Numbered from the stretch's first letter, positions 1 to 10,980 are shown. The stretch: DNA of 64,000 nucleotides from Candidatus Aldehydirespirator sp. (GCA_965220345.1 OZ244822.1:1865245-1929244); one strand, 5' to 3'. The notes: a model not told the origin generated them from the letters alone. Numbers and translations: made by a program.

Positions 1-1
1 G

Positions 2-121
2 ATCACCGCAATGGAGGTCGCGCAACGTCTCGGCACTATTGGCTATGAGGTGTTGACATCATTGTCCGCGCGGGTGCGCCACGAAACGGTATCGCTACGC
101 TCAAAAAGTGATCTCGTGTAG
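2..121 (+). CDS. alr: alanine racemase, C-terminal fragment (gene begins upstream of window)
   Basis: Reading from nt 2 gives ITAMEVAQRLGTIGYEVLTSLSARVRHETV... ending at TAG 119-121. TIGYE-LT..L..RV resembles the conserved Alr C-terminus. alr-tsaE adjacency is the usual actinobacterial synteny. The fragment is absent from the ORF track because it has no in-window start. Confidence 0.55.
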   Translation: MTAMEVAQRLGTIGYEVLTSLSARVRHETVSLRSKSDLV

Positions 122-638
122 CACTGACAGCGTTGAACAAACACGAGCCGTTGGTGGCGCTGTTGCCTCGCTGACGGAACTCGGTGATGTGATTGTGCTT
201 GTAGGTGATTTGGGTGCCGGTAAAACAGCTTTCGTGCAGGGTTTCGCAGCTGCTTCGGGTGTGACCGCTGCGGTGACGAGTCCGACTTTCACGCTCGCCA
301 ACCGTTATGAGGGTCAAATACATGCAGGTCAAATACATGAGGGCCGAATACATGAGGGTCAAATAGTTGTCAACCACCTTGATGTCTACCGTTTCGAGAG
401 CCTTGCCGAAGTGGATGATTTGGCATTACCTGAGCTTCTGGAGCAAGGCGTGACCCTAATCGAATGGGGTGACATGATCGCTTCGGTTCTGCCCGCTGAC
501 CGTTTGACGGTGACGATCAGCTTAGGTTCGGGCGAAAACGAACGCAGCCTCGAACTGCGAGGTGACGGTGAGCTATGGCTGCGCCGTGCCGAGGGGCTGA
601 CTGCTGCTGTTAGGCCTTGGGTTGTAAGGGATTGCTGA
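108..638 (+). CDS. tsaE: tRNA threonylcarbamoyladenosine (t6A) biosynthesis ATPase TsaE
   Basis: Carries P-loop GDLGAGKT, SPTFTL and HLDVYR motifs typical of TsaE/YjeE. The GTG start overlaps the alr stop. Position ahead of tsaB and tsaD fits the t6A operon. Confidence 0.85.
   Translation: MISCSTDSVEQTRAVGGAVASLTELGDVIVLVGDLGAGKTAFVQGFAAASGVTAAVTSPTFTLANRYEGQIHAGQIHEGRIHEGQIVVNHLDVYRFESLAEVDDLALPELLEQGVTLIEWGDMIASVLPADRLTVTISLGSGENERSLELRGDGELWLRRAEGLTAAVRPWVVRDC
312..371 (+). repeat. in-frame 15-bp tandem repeat (about 4 units) inside tsaE, encoding GQIHA-GQIHE-GRIHE-GQIVV
   Basis: Direct reading: ggtcaaatacatgca / ggtcaaatacatgag / ggccgaatacatgag / ggtcaaatagttgtc. The repeat is in phase with the tsaE frame. 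Confidence 0.9.
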
Positions 639-660
639 CTTTGAGGACTGAGACAGTTTT

Positions 661-720
661 GTGACTGTGACGTTATGGCTGTGACGTTATGGCTGTGACG
701 TTGTGACTGTGATGCTGCGA
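661..720. repeat. intergenic 14-bp tandem repeat (ctgtgacgttatgg, 2 full units plus degenerate copies)
   Basis: Units read at 665-678, 679-692 and 693-706 (degenerate), with gtgactgtga-type flanks. Lies between tsaE and tsaB. Confidence 0.85.
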
Positions 721-735
721 CTGTTTTTGGGACTG

Positions 736-810
736 CAATACTGAGGCGGCGATGCTGTGACTGTAATACTGAGACGGCAATACTGAGACGGCAATACTGA
801 GACGGCAATG
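736..810. repeat. intergenic 14-bp tandem repeat (caatactgagacgg) running into the tsaB start codon
   Basis: A degenerate copy lies at 736-749. Units lie at 764-777, 778-791 and 792-805. The last, partial unit (caATGctgatactgg) contains the tsaB ATG at 808. Confidence 0.85.
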
Positions 811-1533
811 CTGATACTGGGGATCGAATCAGCGACAGGTCGAGTCGGTTGCGCTATTGGCGGCCCTGCAGGCGTGCTGGCTTGTGTGGAAGCAACACGC
901 GACCGTCATCATGCCGAACTGCTGGCACCGCAGATACAGACAGCCTGTACTCATAGCGGTATCGCGCTAAGCGATCTCAATGCGGTGGCGGTGGATGTCG
1001 GCCCGGGGCTCTACACCGGACTGCGAGTGGGTGTCGCCACGGCTGTGACCATGGCCCATGCTTTAGGGGTTCCCGTGATTGTCGTTTCCAGCCTTGATCT
1101 GCTGGCTTATCCGTTTCGCTATAGCCAGCGCAGGGTTGCAGCGATGATCGACGCCCGCCGCGGCGAAGTGTTTCATGCCGTCTACAGCTGTGCCGATGGT
1201 CATATTGAGAGATTCACCGAGCCTGCGGTCACAACGCCCGAGCAACTCCGCGAACAGTTTGTCGCTACAGATGCCTCAGCTGCCTCTCAGGCAGCTTCGG
1301 GGCTAGAAGCTGAAACACTGATCGTGGGTGACGGCATTCTGCGTTACGGCTCTCTGTTTGAGGGTCTGCCCAGCTTTGGGCAGGCTGACCCAGGTTTGGC
1401 GCATCCCTCAGCGGCATCACTAGTGCTGTTGGCACAAACTGCCGCCTCGCAACAGGAACTTCTGCGCCCCGAAGAGGTGCAACCGCTATATCTGCGCAAT
1501 CCCGATGCTCAGCCACAATCCCAGTGTTGGTAG
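808..1533 (+). CDS. tsaB: tRNA t6A biosynthesis protein TsaB (YeaZ family)
   Basis: N-terminus MLILGIESATGRVGCAIG and motif GPGLYTGLRVG are typical of TsaB. Lies between tsaE and tsaD. Confidence 0.85.
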   Translation: MLILGIESATGRVGCAIGGPAGVLACVEATRDRHHAELLAPQIQTACTHSGIALSDLNAVAVDVGPGLYTGLRVGVATAVTMAHALGVPVIVVSSLDLLAYPFRYSQRRVAAMIDARRGEVFHAVYSCADGHIERFTEPAVTTPEQLREQFVATDASAASQAASGLEAETLIVGDGILRYGSLFEGLPSFGQADPGLAHPSAASLVLLAQTAASQQELLRPEEVQPLYLRNPDAQPQSQCW

Positions 1534-1617
1534 CTTCACTGTGATGGATTGCTCGGCATTGCACTGTTGCTTGCCTGTGGGCACCATCTTGATTCGACAT
1601 CAAGATTTGAGGGCGGA

Positions 1618-2661
1618 GTGAATCCTGCTGGTTTGATACTTGGCATTGAGACTTCCTGTGATGAGACTGCTGCGGCTTTGGTGGCAGAGGGTCAGCAGGT
1701 TTTGTCGTCGATTGTGTCTAGCCAAGTTGATTTGCATGCTCGTTATGGCGGTGTTGTGCCCGAAGTGGCGGGCCGGGCTCATGTGCAGCGGATTGTGCCG
1801 GTGATAGAGCAGGCTTTCGAGGCAGCGCAGCGATCCGCTGACCAAGTCACTGCTGTAGCGGCAACTACAGGCCCAGGTCTTATTGGTGCTTTGTTGGTGG
1901 GGGTGTCGGCTGCGAAGGCTTTGTCTTTGGTGTGGGATGTGCCTTTTGTGTCTGTTAATCATCTTGAAGCTCATCTGCATGCTGCGTTTCTTGATGAGCC
2001 CGACTTGGAGTTGCCTGCTGTTGTGATGCTGGTTTCGGGAGGGCACACCATGCTTGTGTTGATGCAGGATCGTTTGCATTATCGGGTATTGGGCGCAACT
2101 GTTGATGATGCCGCTGGTGAAGCCTTCGACAAGGTAGCTCGTTTCATGGGACTCGGTTATCCAGGCGGGCCGGTAATCGACAAGCTCAGCAGCAAAGGCA
2201 ACCGTGACGCGATTGCTTTTCCTCGGGCCATGCTGCACGACGGCTGGAACTTCTCTTTCAGCGGGCTCAAGACTGCCGTTATCAACTATTTGCGCCGCCA
2301 CTCCGATGCTCCAGCAGAGGATGTGGCTGCTTCGTTTCAAGAGGCGGTAGCAGATGTTTTGGTCACCAAAGCCCGTCGAGCTGCAGCGGAGCACGGCGCT
2401 AAAGGTTTGTGCTTAGCGGGTGGTGTTGCTGCCAACAGCAGGCTGCGAGAAATGACTCGCGACACCTGCGCGGCCGACGGGTTGGCCGCATACCTGCCGA
2501 GCCGGGCCATGTGTACTGACAACGCTGCTATGGTCGCAGCCGCTGGCTGGTGGCGGCTGCAAGCCGACGGGCCTTCGCCTCTGAGCGTTGGTGGTGACCC
2601 TTCTTGGGGACTCCCCGAGACCAGTCTGAAACTTCCCCCAAAAGCTGAACTAGCGAGCTGA
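1618..2661 (+). CDS. tsaD: tRNA N6-adenosine threonylcarbamoyltransferase TsaD (Kae1/Gcp family)
   Basis: Contains ILGIETSCDETAAA, the NHLEAHL metal site and GGVAAN. The ORF opens at 1549. The in-frame GTG at 1618 gives the conventional N-terminus, but the true start is uncertain. Confidence 0.9.
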   Translation: MNPAGLILGIETSCDETAAALVAEGQQVLSSIVSSQVDLHARYGGVVPEVAGRAHVQRIVPVIEQAFEAAQRSADQVTAVAATTGPGLIGALLVGVSAAKALSLVWDVPFVSVNHLEAHLHAAFLDEPDLELPAVVMLVSGGHTMLVLMQDRLHYRVLGATVDDAAGEAFDKVARFMGLGYPGGPVIDKLSSKGNRDAIAFPRAMLHDGWNFSFSGLKTAVINYLRRHSDAPAEDVAASFQEAVADVLVTKARRAAAEHGAKGLCLAGGVAANSRLREMTRDTCAADGLAAYLPSRAMCTDNAAMVAAAGWWRLQADGPSPLSVGGDPSWGLPETSLKLPPKAELAS

Positions 2662-2723
2662 ACTAGCGAAGAGGCAGATTCAGTTGGGTCGGGTGTTGTG
2701 GCACCGCCGCTAAGCCTCTATCG

Positions 2724-2750
2724 TTAGCACTCGGCATAGGAGAGTGCTAA
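2724..2750. promoter_or_regulatory. CIRCE operator (HrcA binding site) upstream of groES-groEL
   Basis: Exact match to TTAGCACTC-N9-GAGTGCTAA: ttagcactc ggcatagga gagtgctaa. Lies about 90 nt upstream of the groES ATG. Confidence 0.92.
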
Positions 2751-2838
2751 CACCTGTGTCGTGGCTAGAGGTAAAAACAAACCGCCTCAGCCGAAACAGT
2801 CCATCATCCATCCATTCATATCCAGTCCGGGAGGACAA

Positions 2839-3129
2839 ATGAATTTGCAGCCACTCGATGACCGCATCGTTGTGCGGCCCGGCGACGCTGAGGAGACCAC
2901 CGCAAGCGGTCTCGTCATCCCCGACACCGCCAAAGAAAAGCCCCAGCAGGGCGAGGTGCTCGCGGTTGGCCCCGGTCGCCGTTCCGACGACAGCGGTGAA
3001 CTAATCCCCATGGATGTCGCCGTCGGTGACACCGTCGTCTATTCCAAGTACGGCGGTACCGAGATCACCGTCGAAGGCGAAGACCTGCTCATCCTCAACG
3101 CCCGCGATGTGCTGGCCAAAGTCGGCTGA
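2839..3129 (+). CDS. groES: co-chaperonin GroES
   Basis: [14 protein letters not shown]...[13 protein letters not shown] is canonical GroES. GGGAGGA lies immediately upstream of ATG 2839. The track ORF (2761) is an N-terminal over-extension. Confidence 0.95.
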   Translation: MNLQPLDDRIVVRPGDAEETTASGLVIPDTAKEKPQQGEVLAVGPGRRSDDSGELIPMDVAVGDTVVYSKYGGTEITVEGEDLLILNARDVLAKVG

Positions 3130-3134
3130 GGTAG

Positions 3135-4784
<1,650 letters not shown>

Positions 4785-4867
4785 CCGCAACCGCGCTGCG
4801 ATGATCCCCAAAACATCACTGTTCGGTGATCACCGTTTGGTGCGTTGCATGCTTGCCTAAACACCTT

Positions 4868-4906
4868 GCAGTAGCTCGGGCCGGTTCACAAGGCTCGAGC
4901 TACTGC
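4868..4906 (+). terminator. hairpin downstream of groEL (putative intrinsic terminator)
   Basis: 15-bp stem gcagtagctcgggcc / ggctcgagctactgc with one G-U pair and a 9-nt loop. The trailing T-tract is weak (gcgttt). Confidence 0.5.
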
Positions 4907-4984
4907 GCGTTTAGGCTTAGCCATGGGTATTGGCACAGGTATCGGCACTGGCATGTGTTCAGCCCCAACATTCCTAGCAGTCGC

Positions 4985-5100
4985 AACATTTCCAACATTC
5001 CCAACATTGATGACTATTGATGACCTTGATGAGCTTCAGAGCAACTCACTTTGAGCGACTTACGTCAGAGCAACTTGCGCTAGGGCAACTTACTTTGGTG
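4985..5100. repeat. compound short tandem repeats in the groEL-guaB3 intergenic region
   Basis: aacattNcc occurs 3 times, (a)ttgatgacN 3 times, and gagcaact-type units about 4 times, all read directly. Confidence 0.7.
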
Positions 5101-5122
5101 CATCGCCGTTAGGCTCACGCTT

Positions 5123-5275
5123 GTGAATCGCCCTGCGCCAGACCCTCGCAAATTGTTAGATCATTGGGAAGAGTGGGAGCGCGGTGACACTCCACCTGGC
5201 CGAGTGATGAGCGATCTTAAGACCGGCGGTTTGCGTGAACTTCTCCAAGGTTTGGTCGACAATCAAGAATCCTGA
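5123..5275 (+). CDS. possible small ORF (50 aa), hypothetical
   Basis: GTG-initiated ORF VNRPAPDPRKLLDHWEEWERGDTPPGRVMSDLKTGGLRELLQGLVDNQES, below the track length cut-off. The composition looks coding-like but no family was recognised. Confidence 0.25.
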   Translation: MNRPAPDPRKLLDHWEEWERGDTPPGRVMSDLKTGGLRELLQGLVDNQES

Positions 5276-5366
5276 TACCTAACCCAGTCGTCAGTTGACT
5301 AGTTTGCAGTTGGCCTGTTTTCGGCTGGCTAGTTTGCAGCACTAAGGCAGCAAGGAAAGGCACTGC

Positions 5367-6476
5367 GTGGCTGAAATCGAAATAGGGCTAGGCAAGTCGG
5401 GGCGGCGCGCTTACCGGCTTGATGAGATTGCTATCGTGCCCAGCAGGCGCACCCGCGACATAGCCGATGTTGACATTTCCTGGCAGATCGATGCTTACCG
5501 GTTTGATCTTCCAGTGCTGGCCGCTGCTAGTGACAGCGTTACTAGTCCTGCTACAGCTATCAAACTGGGGCAACTCGGAGGCCTAGCAGTTATTGATCTC
5601 GAAGGTATGTGGACTCGCTGCGAGGATCCTGCCGCCGAACTAGCTGAGCTGGCCGAAGCATCGCTAGATGCAGCCACAAAACGGCTACGGGAGCTTTACG
5701 CCCGGCCGGTGCAACCAGAACTGGTAGCGCGCAGAGTGTCCGAAATCGCCGCCGCCGGAGTGCGAACCGCTGGCCGTGTCCGTCCGCAACGAGCCGAAGA
5801 GCTCGCTCCGCACGCCATCGCAGCTGACGTGAACCTGCTGTTCATAACCGGCACGATCGTGTCGGCTGAGCATGTTTCATCCGACGATGACCCTCTCAAT
5901 CTGAAGACTTTTATCCGGCGTATGCAAACACCGGTAGTTGTGGGAGGGTGCGTTAGCTATCAGGCGGCATTGCATCTGATGCGCACTGGTGCAGCGGGGG
6001 TGCTAGTTGGTGTGGGTTCGGGATATGCAGGCACTACCCGCCATGTGCTCGGTCTTGATGCCCCGCAGGCCACTGCCATAGCAGATGCCCGCGCTGCGCG
6101 GATGCGACACCTTGATGAGACCGGTGTTTACTGCCATGTGATCGCTGACGGCACGATGCGCACCGCTGGCGACATCGCTAAAGCAATCGTTTGTGGTGCT
6201 GATGCGGCCATGGTCGGCCTGCCTTTGGCATCAGCTACTGACTCGCCGTGCCCAGGCCGTCACTGGGACTTGTCGGCAGGTCATGCCACTCTGCCGCGTG
6301 GACGCGTCACTGATGTGACTCCGCTCGCCACGCTAGAGACGATTCTTCACGGCCCCGCAATCAGCGCAGACGGAACCACCAACATGATGGGCGCTTTGCG
6401 AACCTCAATGGCCAAATGCGGCTACACCGACGTGAAGGATTTTCAGCGGGCTGCAGCAGCAATCACCTCATCGTGA
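5367..6476 (+). CDS. guaB3: GuaB3-family IMP dehydrogenase-related protein
   Basis: [31 protein letters not shown]... matches the GuaB3 N-terminal pattern. Has a TIM-barrel IMPDH-like C-terminal part and lies next to guaA, as in mycobacteria. Confidence 0.8.
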   Translation: MAEIEIGLGKSGRRAYRLDEIAIVPSRRTRDIADVDISWQIDAYRFDLPVLAAASDSVTSPATAIKLGQLGGLAVIDLEGMWTRCEDPAAELAELAEASLDAATKRLRELYARPVQPELVARRVSEIAAAGVRTAGRVRPQRAEELAPHAIAADVNLLFITGTIVSAEHVSSDDDPLNLKTFIRRMQTPVVVGGCVSYQAALHLMRTGAAGVLVGVGSGYAGTTRHVLGLDAPQATAIADARAARMRHLDETGVYCHVIADGTMRTAGDIAKAIVCGADAAMVGLPLASATDSPCPGRHWDLSAGHATLPRGRVTDVTPLATLETILHGPAISADGTTNMMGALRTSMAKCGYTDVKDFQRAAAAITSS

Positions 6477-8050
6477 CAAAACCCTCGACAGCGGCCAGTG
6501 GCGGATCCTCGGGAGAGTTCGACACCGTTCTGGTTGTTGATTTCGGGGCGCAGTATTCGCAGTTGATCGCTAGGCGGGTGCGCGAATGTCAGGTCTACAG
6601 CGAGATTGTTCCCGCTTCGATCAGCGCAGCCGAGGTCGCAGCCCGTCAGCCATGCGGTTTGATCCTCAGCGGTGGCCCTGCTTCGGTGCATGTCCAAGGA
6701 GCGGTCAGCCTTGATCCCGAGATCTATGAACTCGGCGTGCCGATATTGGGTATCTGCTACGGGGCGCAACTCATCGCCGAGCAACTAGGCGGTTCGGTCG
6801 GACGCAACGAACGTGGCGAATATGGCCGAGCCGAATTAACTATGCCCGGCGACCGAAGCCAATTGCTTGCGGGACTACCTTCGCCTTTGTCGGTGTGGAT
6901 GAGCCATTTCGATGCCATTGTCTCGCCGCCGCCGGGCGCTGAAGTCACCGCCTCAACCGCAGTTTCGCCGGTGGCCGCTTTTGAGGATGTCGAGCGCGGT
7001 CTCTATGGGTTGCAGTTTCATCCTGAGGTGGAGCACACCACCTGCGGTCGCAGAGTGTTAAGTCGTTTCTTGCTCAAAGGGTGCAATGCCGCACCGAGCT
7101 GGTCTATGGATTCGATTATCGACGCGGCTGTGGAGTCTGTGGCATCCCAAATCGGTGATGGTCGGGCTATCTGTGGCTTGTCAGGAGGCGTGGACTCTGC
7201 GGTGGCCGCGGCAGTGGTGCATCGTGCGGTGGGTTCTCGGCTCACCTGCGTGTTGGTAGACACAGGCCTTCTGCGTGAGGGTGAGGCCGACGAGGTGCAG
7301 CAGGTCTTTGAAGGGCATTTCGGCGTTGAGTTGGTGCGTGTGGACGCATCCGCTGAGTTTTTTGAGGCTTTGGCTGGTGTCACCGAGCCGGAGTCCAAGC
7401 GCAGAGTTGTGGGCGAGCAGTTCATTCGGGCTTTCGAGCGGGCACGCAGTCAGATACCCGATGCCAGTTTCTTGGTGCAGGGAACGCTGTATCCCGATGT
7501 GATCGAGTCTGGCGCGACTACCCATTCGTCCACCATCAAAAGCCATCACAATGTGGGTGGCTTGCCCGAGGATCTGGATTTCGAGCTGGTTGAGCCGTTG
7601 AGGTCGCTGTTCAAGGATGAGGTTCGGGTATTAGGCACCGAACTCGGTTTGCCGCCAGAGATCGTTAATCGTCAGCCGTTCCCTGGCCCGGGCTTAGCGG
7701 TTCGGATCATCGGCGAAGTCACTCCTGATACTGCGTCCACTTTGCGTCACGCTGACGCGATTGTGCGGGACGAGTTGAAGGCTGCGGGACTTGAGCGTGA
7801 AATCTGGCAGTCGTTCGCGGTGCTGCCCGACATCCGCACCGTGGGAGTAATGGGCGACGAGCGCACCTATGGTCGCCCAGTGGTGATCCGCGCTGTCACC
7901 AGCTCAGATGCTATGACCGCTGACTGGGCCCGGCTGCCTCACGATGTGCTTGAGGCGATTAGCAGCCGCGTGATCGCTGAGGTAGACGGAGTGAACCGCG
8001 TTGTTTATGACATCACCTCTAAGCCGCCAGCCACCATCGAATGGGAGTAA
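6473..8050 (+). CDS. guaA: GMP synthase (glutamine-hydrolysing)
   Basis: GATase domain ([13 protein letters not shown]) plus ATP-PPase SGGVDS motif and C-terminal [12 protein letters not shown] 6473 overlaps the guaB3 stop (GTGA). The track start at 6416 lies inside guaB3. Confidence 0.93.
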   Translation: MTKPSTAASGGSSGEFDTVLVVDFGAQYSQLIARRVRECQVYSEIVPASISAAEVAARQPCGLILSGGPASVHVQGAVSLDPEIYELGVPILGICYGAQLIAEQLGGSVGRNERGEYGRAELTMPGDRSQLLAGLPSPLSVWMSHFDAIVSPPPGAEVTASTAVSPVAAFEDVERGLYGLQFHPEVEHTTCGRRVLSRFLLKGCNAAPSWSMDSIIDAAVESVASQIGDGRAICGLSGGVDSAVAAAVVHRAVGSRLTCVLVDTGLLREGEADEVQQVFEGHFGVELVRVDASAEFFEALAGVTEPESKRRVVGEQFIRAFERARSQIPDASFLVQGTLYPDVIESGATTHSSTIKSHHNVGGLPEDLDFELVEPLRSLFKDEVRVLGTELGLPPEIVNRQPFPGPGLAVRIIGEVTPDTASTLRHADAIVRDELKAAGLEREIWQSFAVLPDIRTVGVMGDERTYGRPVVIRAVTSSDAMTADWARLPHDVLEAISSRVIAEVDGVNRVVYDITSKPPATIEWE

Positions 8051-8083
8051 CCCAATTTTACTTGTGGATTACCTAGTGGAGTA

Positions 8084-9295
8084 TCAGGTGGCTTGGCTTG
8101 TGGCTTGGCTGGTGGCTTGATCTAGAGCTTGATCTAGGTCAGCTTTGAGATCGTCTATGTTTTCTATCCCGACTGATAGGCGGATTAGACCCCGGTCTAC
8201 TTCCAGTGGTGATTCGGCCACCGACTGATGGGTCATGGTGGCGGGCTGCTCAATCAGTGATTCCACCGCGCCGAGCGACTCAGCCAACTGGAAAACTTTG
8301 GTAGCGCTCACGGCCGCGACCGCCGTGGCTTCCCCTCCGTGCGGCACGAACGAGACCATGCCGCCGAAGCGCCGCATCTGGCGGGCGGCTACTTGATGGC
8401 TGCGATGGTTCGCCATGCCTGGATAACAGACGCGCTCCACCGCAGGATGCGCTGACAGGAACTGGGTGATGGCTTCGGCATTGTCACAGTGGCGGTCCAT
8501 GCGCACAGTCAGGGTCTTGATACCCCTCAACAACAGATAGCAGTCAAACGGGCTAGGCACAGCCCCCGCCGCGTTCTGCACGAAAGCCAAGCCTTCGGCT
8601 AAGTCGTCGTCGTTGACGGCCACGAAACCGCCGACCACATCAGAATGTCCGCCCAGGTATTTGGTGCTGGAATGAACGACTGCGTCGGCTCCTAGTAGCA
8701 GCGGGTTCTGCAAATAAGGGGTAGCGAAAGTGTTGTCCACCACAACGATGGCACCTGCTTGATGAGCCGCTTCGGTAACTGCGGCTATGTCCACCACGGT
8801 GAGGGTGGGGTTGGTGGGTGTCTCCAGCCAGACCTGGCGGGTCTCGGGTCTCAGCGCTGCCGCCAGCGAGTCGGGGTCGCTCAGATCAGCCACCGACCAG
8901 GCGATGCCGCGCTCGCCGTAGACCTTGGCGATCAGACGATAAGTGCCTCCGTAAGCATCAAGGCCCATCACCACATGATCTCCGGGCCGTAACATGGTCA
9001 AAAGAGCATTCTCAGCAGCCATGCCGCTGGCGAAAGCAAAGCCGTGTCGTGCGCCTTCAAGGGCGCTGACGCTGCGCTCAAGACAGACTCTGGTGGGGTT
9101 AGAGGTGCGGGAGTACTCATAGCCGCGGGTCTGGCCGGGCTCGGACTGCACGAATGTGGTAGCCAGATGGATAGGCACGGTTATGGCACCGGTGGTTTTG
9201 TCGGGTTCCTGTCCAGCATGGATGACCCGAGTCTCAAAACTCCAGTCAGTGTCGCCGGGGTTGTCGCCCAGGCTGCTTGTGTTGCTGCTGCTCAC
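8084..9295 (-). CDS. cystathionine gamma-synthase/gamma-lyase (Cys/Met-metabolism PLP enzyme)
   Basis: PLP-lysine motif HSSTKYLGGHSD and family-wide similarity. Start overlaps the stop of the upstream cbs by 4 nt. The C-terminus ends in a QATS-QATS-QAT repeat. Confidence 0.85.
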   Translation of the reverse strand: MSSSNTSSLGDNPGDTDWSFETRVIHAGQEPDKTTGAITVPIHLATTFVQSEPGQTRGYEYSRTSNPTRVCLERSVSALEGARHGFAFASGMAAENALLTMLRPGDHVVMGLDAYGGTYRLIAKVYGERGIAWSVADLSDPDSLAAALRPETRQVWLETPTNPTLTVVDIAAVTEAAHQAGAIVVVDNTFATPYLQNPLLLGADAVVHSSTKYLGGHSDVVGGFVAVNDDDLAEGLAFVQNAAGAVPSPFDCYLLLRGIKTLTVRMDRHCDNAEAITQFLSAHPAVERVCYPGMANHRSHQVAARQMRRFGGMVSFVPHGGEATAVAAVSATKVFQLAESLGAVESLIEQPATMTHQSVAESPLEVDRGLIRLSVGIENIDDLKADLDQALDQATSQATSQAT

Positions 9296-10689
9296 AGTGC
9301 AGGCACCGCAACCTCGGCGGTTATGGCATCGGGCATTGACGACAGGTAGCCGAGCACGTCGGTGCTGGAGATAACCGCTCGCGGTCGGCCTCCATCCAGC
9401 ACCAGCAGAGCGGGAGAGCGTTCCAGCTTGGCCACGGCTAGAGCAATTGGCTCGCCTATACCGATCTGTGCCAGCGGTGGACTCATCACGTTCTCCACCG
9501 GCTGGCTCAGCAGGTCGCCTTCAAAAGCCATAGACATCAGCCGAAGTTCGTGCAGTGATCCCATCACCTCAGCCGCTGCCAGCGGCATCTCGCCTTTAGC
9601 CACCGGGAGCTGGCTCAATCCGTTTTCGCTCATGCGGGTGACGGCCAAGCTCACCGGGTCATCGGGGTTGACGTAGATGAGCGACGGCAGCGTGTCCTGT
9701 TTGGCATCAAGCACATCCTTGATGCATGGGTGATCGCAGATCAAGAACCCGTGAGAAGCCATCCAGGCGTTGTCGAAGACTTTAGAGAGATAACCGCGCC
9801 CAGAGTCGGGCAGCAGCACCACGATCACGTCGTTGGGGTCACAGCCTTGAGCCAGTTCGGCGGCTGCACACATGGCCGTCCCACCTGATCCGCCGATCAG
9901 TAGCCCCTCGCGATGCGATACCAGCCGAGCCATGTCAAACGACGCTTGATCAGACACAGCGATCACTTGATCCACCATCTCGGGGTGATAAGTCTCGGGC
10001 CAGAAGTCCTCACCGATCCCTTCCACGAGATAAGGCCGGCCCGAGCCTCCACTGAACACTGAGCCTTCGGGGTCGGCTGCCACGATCCGCACTGAGGGTT
10101 TCTGGCTTTTGAGGTATCGACCGACACCGCTCAAGGTGCCACCGGTGCCTGCGCCTGCCACGAAGTGGGTGATCCGCCCGCTTGTCTGGTGCCACAGCTC
10201 GGGCCCGGTGGTCTGCTCGTGGGCGAGAGGGTTGGTCTGGTTGAAGTACTGGTTGGGGCGGTAGGCACCAGGGATTTCGCGCATTAAGCGCTCAGCGGTG
10301 GAGTAGTAGGAGTCAGGTTCGTCGGGAGCGACCGCGACCGGGCACACCACCACCTCGGCACCGTGAGCCCGCAGCAACTGAACCTTCTCGGCGCTGACTT
10401 TGTCGGTCATCACGAAGACGCAGCGGTAGCCGCGCTGAGCTGCCACCAAAGCCAAGCCGACACCAGTGTTGCCAGATGTGGGTTCAACAATGGTGCCGCC
10501 AGGTTTGAGCCGTCCGTCCCGCTCGGCAGCGTCAATCATTGCGATAGCCGCTCGGTCCTTGACGCTGCCGCCAGGGTTGAGCATCTCTAGTTTGGCCAGC
10601 ACCTCACAGCGGGCATCGCTGACGGCTCGCCGCATCCGCACTAGCGGCGTGTTACCTATGAGGTCGAGTACGGAGTCAGCGACCTCCAT
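9292..10689 (-). CDS. cbs: cystathionine beta-synthase (PALP domain plus tandem CBS domains)
   Basis: Contains IGNTPLVRM and NPGGSVKDRAA (PLP lysine), plus a C-terminal CBS pair. ATG at 10689 (MEVADSVLDL) was chosen. The track ORF extends 65 codons further through a low-complexity region. Confidence 0.85.
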   Translation of the reverse strand: MEVADSVLDLIGNTPLVRMRRAVSDARCEVLAKLEMLNPGGSVKDRAAIAMIDAAERDGRLKPGGTIVEPTSGNTGVGLALVAAQRGYRCVFVMTDKVSAEKVQLLRAHGAEVVVCPVAVAPDEPDSYYSTAERLMREIPGAYRPNQYFNQTNPLAHEQTTGPELWHQTSGRITHFVAGAGTGGTLSGVGRYLKSQKPSVRIVAADPEGSVFSGGSGRPYLVEGIGEDFWPETYHPEMVDQVIAVSDQASFDMARLVSHREGLLIGGSGGTAMCAAAELAQGCDPNDVIVVLLPDSGRGYLSKVFDNAWMASHGFLICDHPCIKDVLDAKQDTLPSLIYVNPDDPVSLAVTRMSENGLSQLPVAKGEMPLAAAEVMGSLHELRLMSMAFEGDLLSQPVENVMSPPLAQIGIGEPIALAVAKLERSPALLVLDGGRPRAVISSTDVLGYLSSMPDAITAEVAVPAL

Positions 10690-10844
10690 GTATTGCAGGC
10701 TATCGCTAGTGCAGGCTCTCGCCTCTCGGTTGGCCTGCCTGCCCCTGCCTGCTCTGTCCCTGCCTGTTCTGGCAATGCTGCCCCTGCCTGCCTGCCCTTG
10801 GCTTGCCTCTGGCAACGCTGCCACTAGCGCATAGGCAGCCACAC

Positions 10845-10936
10845 ACTTAGCGCTCCTACTTAGCTCAGGGATTAGCTCACCCACTTAGCACGGGGTTTAG
10901 TAGCGGCCCCATTTAGCGCAGGGACTTAGCGCGCCG
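10845..10936. repeat. about 13-bp tandem repeat array (acTTAGCnc-ggg, about 7 units) in the cbs / pcrA divergent intergenic region
   Basis: Units read: acttagcgctcct, acttagctcaggg, attagctcaccc, acttagcacgggg, tttagtagcggcccc, atttagcgcaggg, acttagcgcgccg. Confidence 0.8.
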
Positions 10937-10980
10937 AGGTATCCACTTGCTGTCGGTGAGCGGCAGTAGGGTGAGCTGCA

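Noticed and set aside
661-810. Whether the short tandem repeat arrays could be CRISPR arrays (also 10845-10936, 13210-13277, 23924-23995, 62138-62215).
   Set aside because: The units are 13-18 bp and directly abutting, with no unique spacers, and no cas genes are present. They are minisatellites, not CRISPR.
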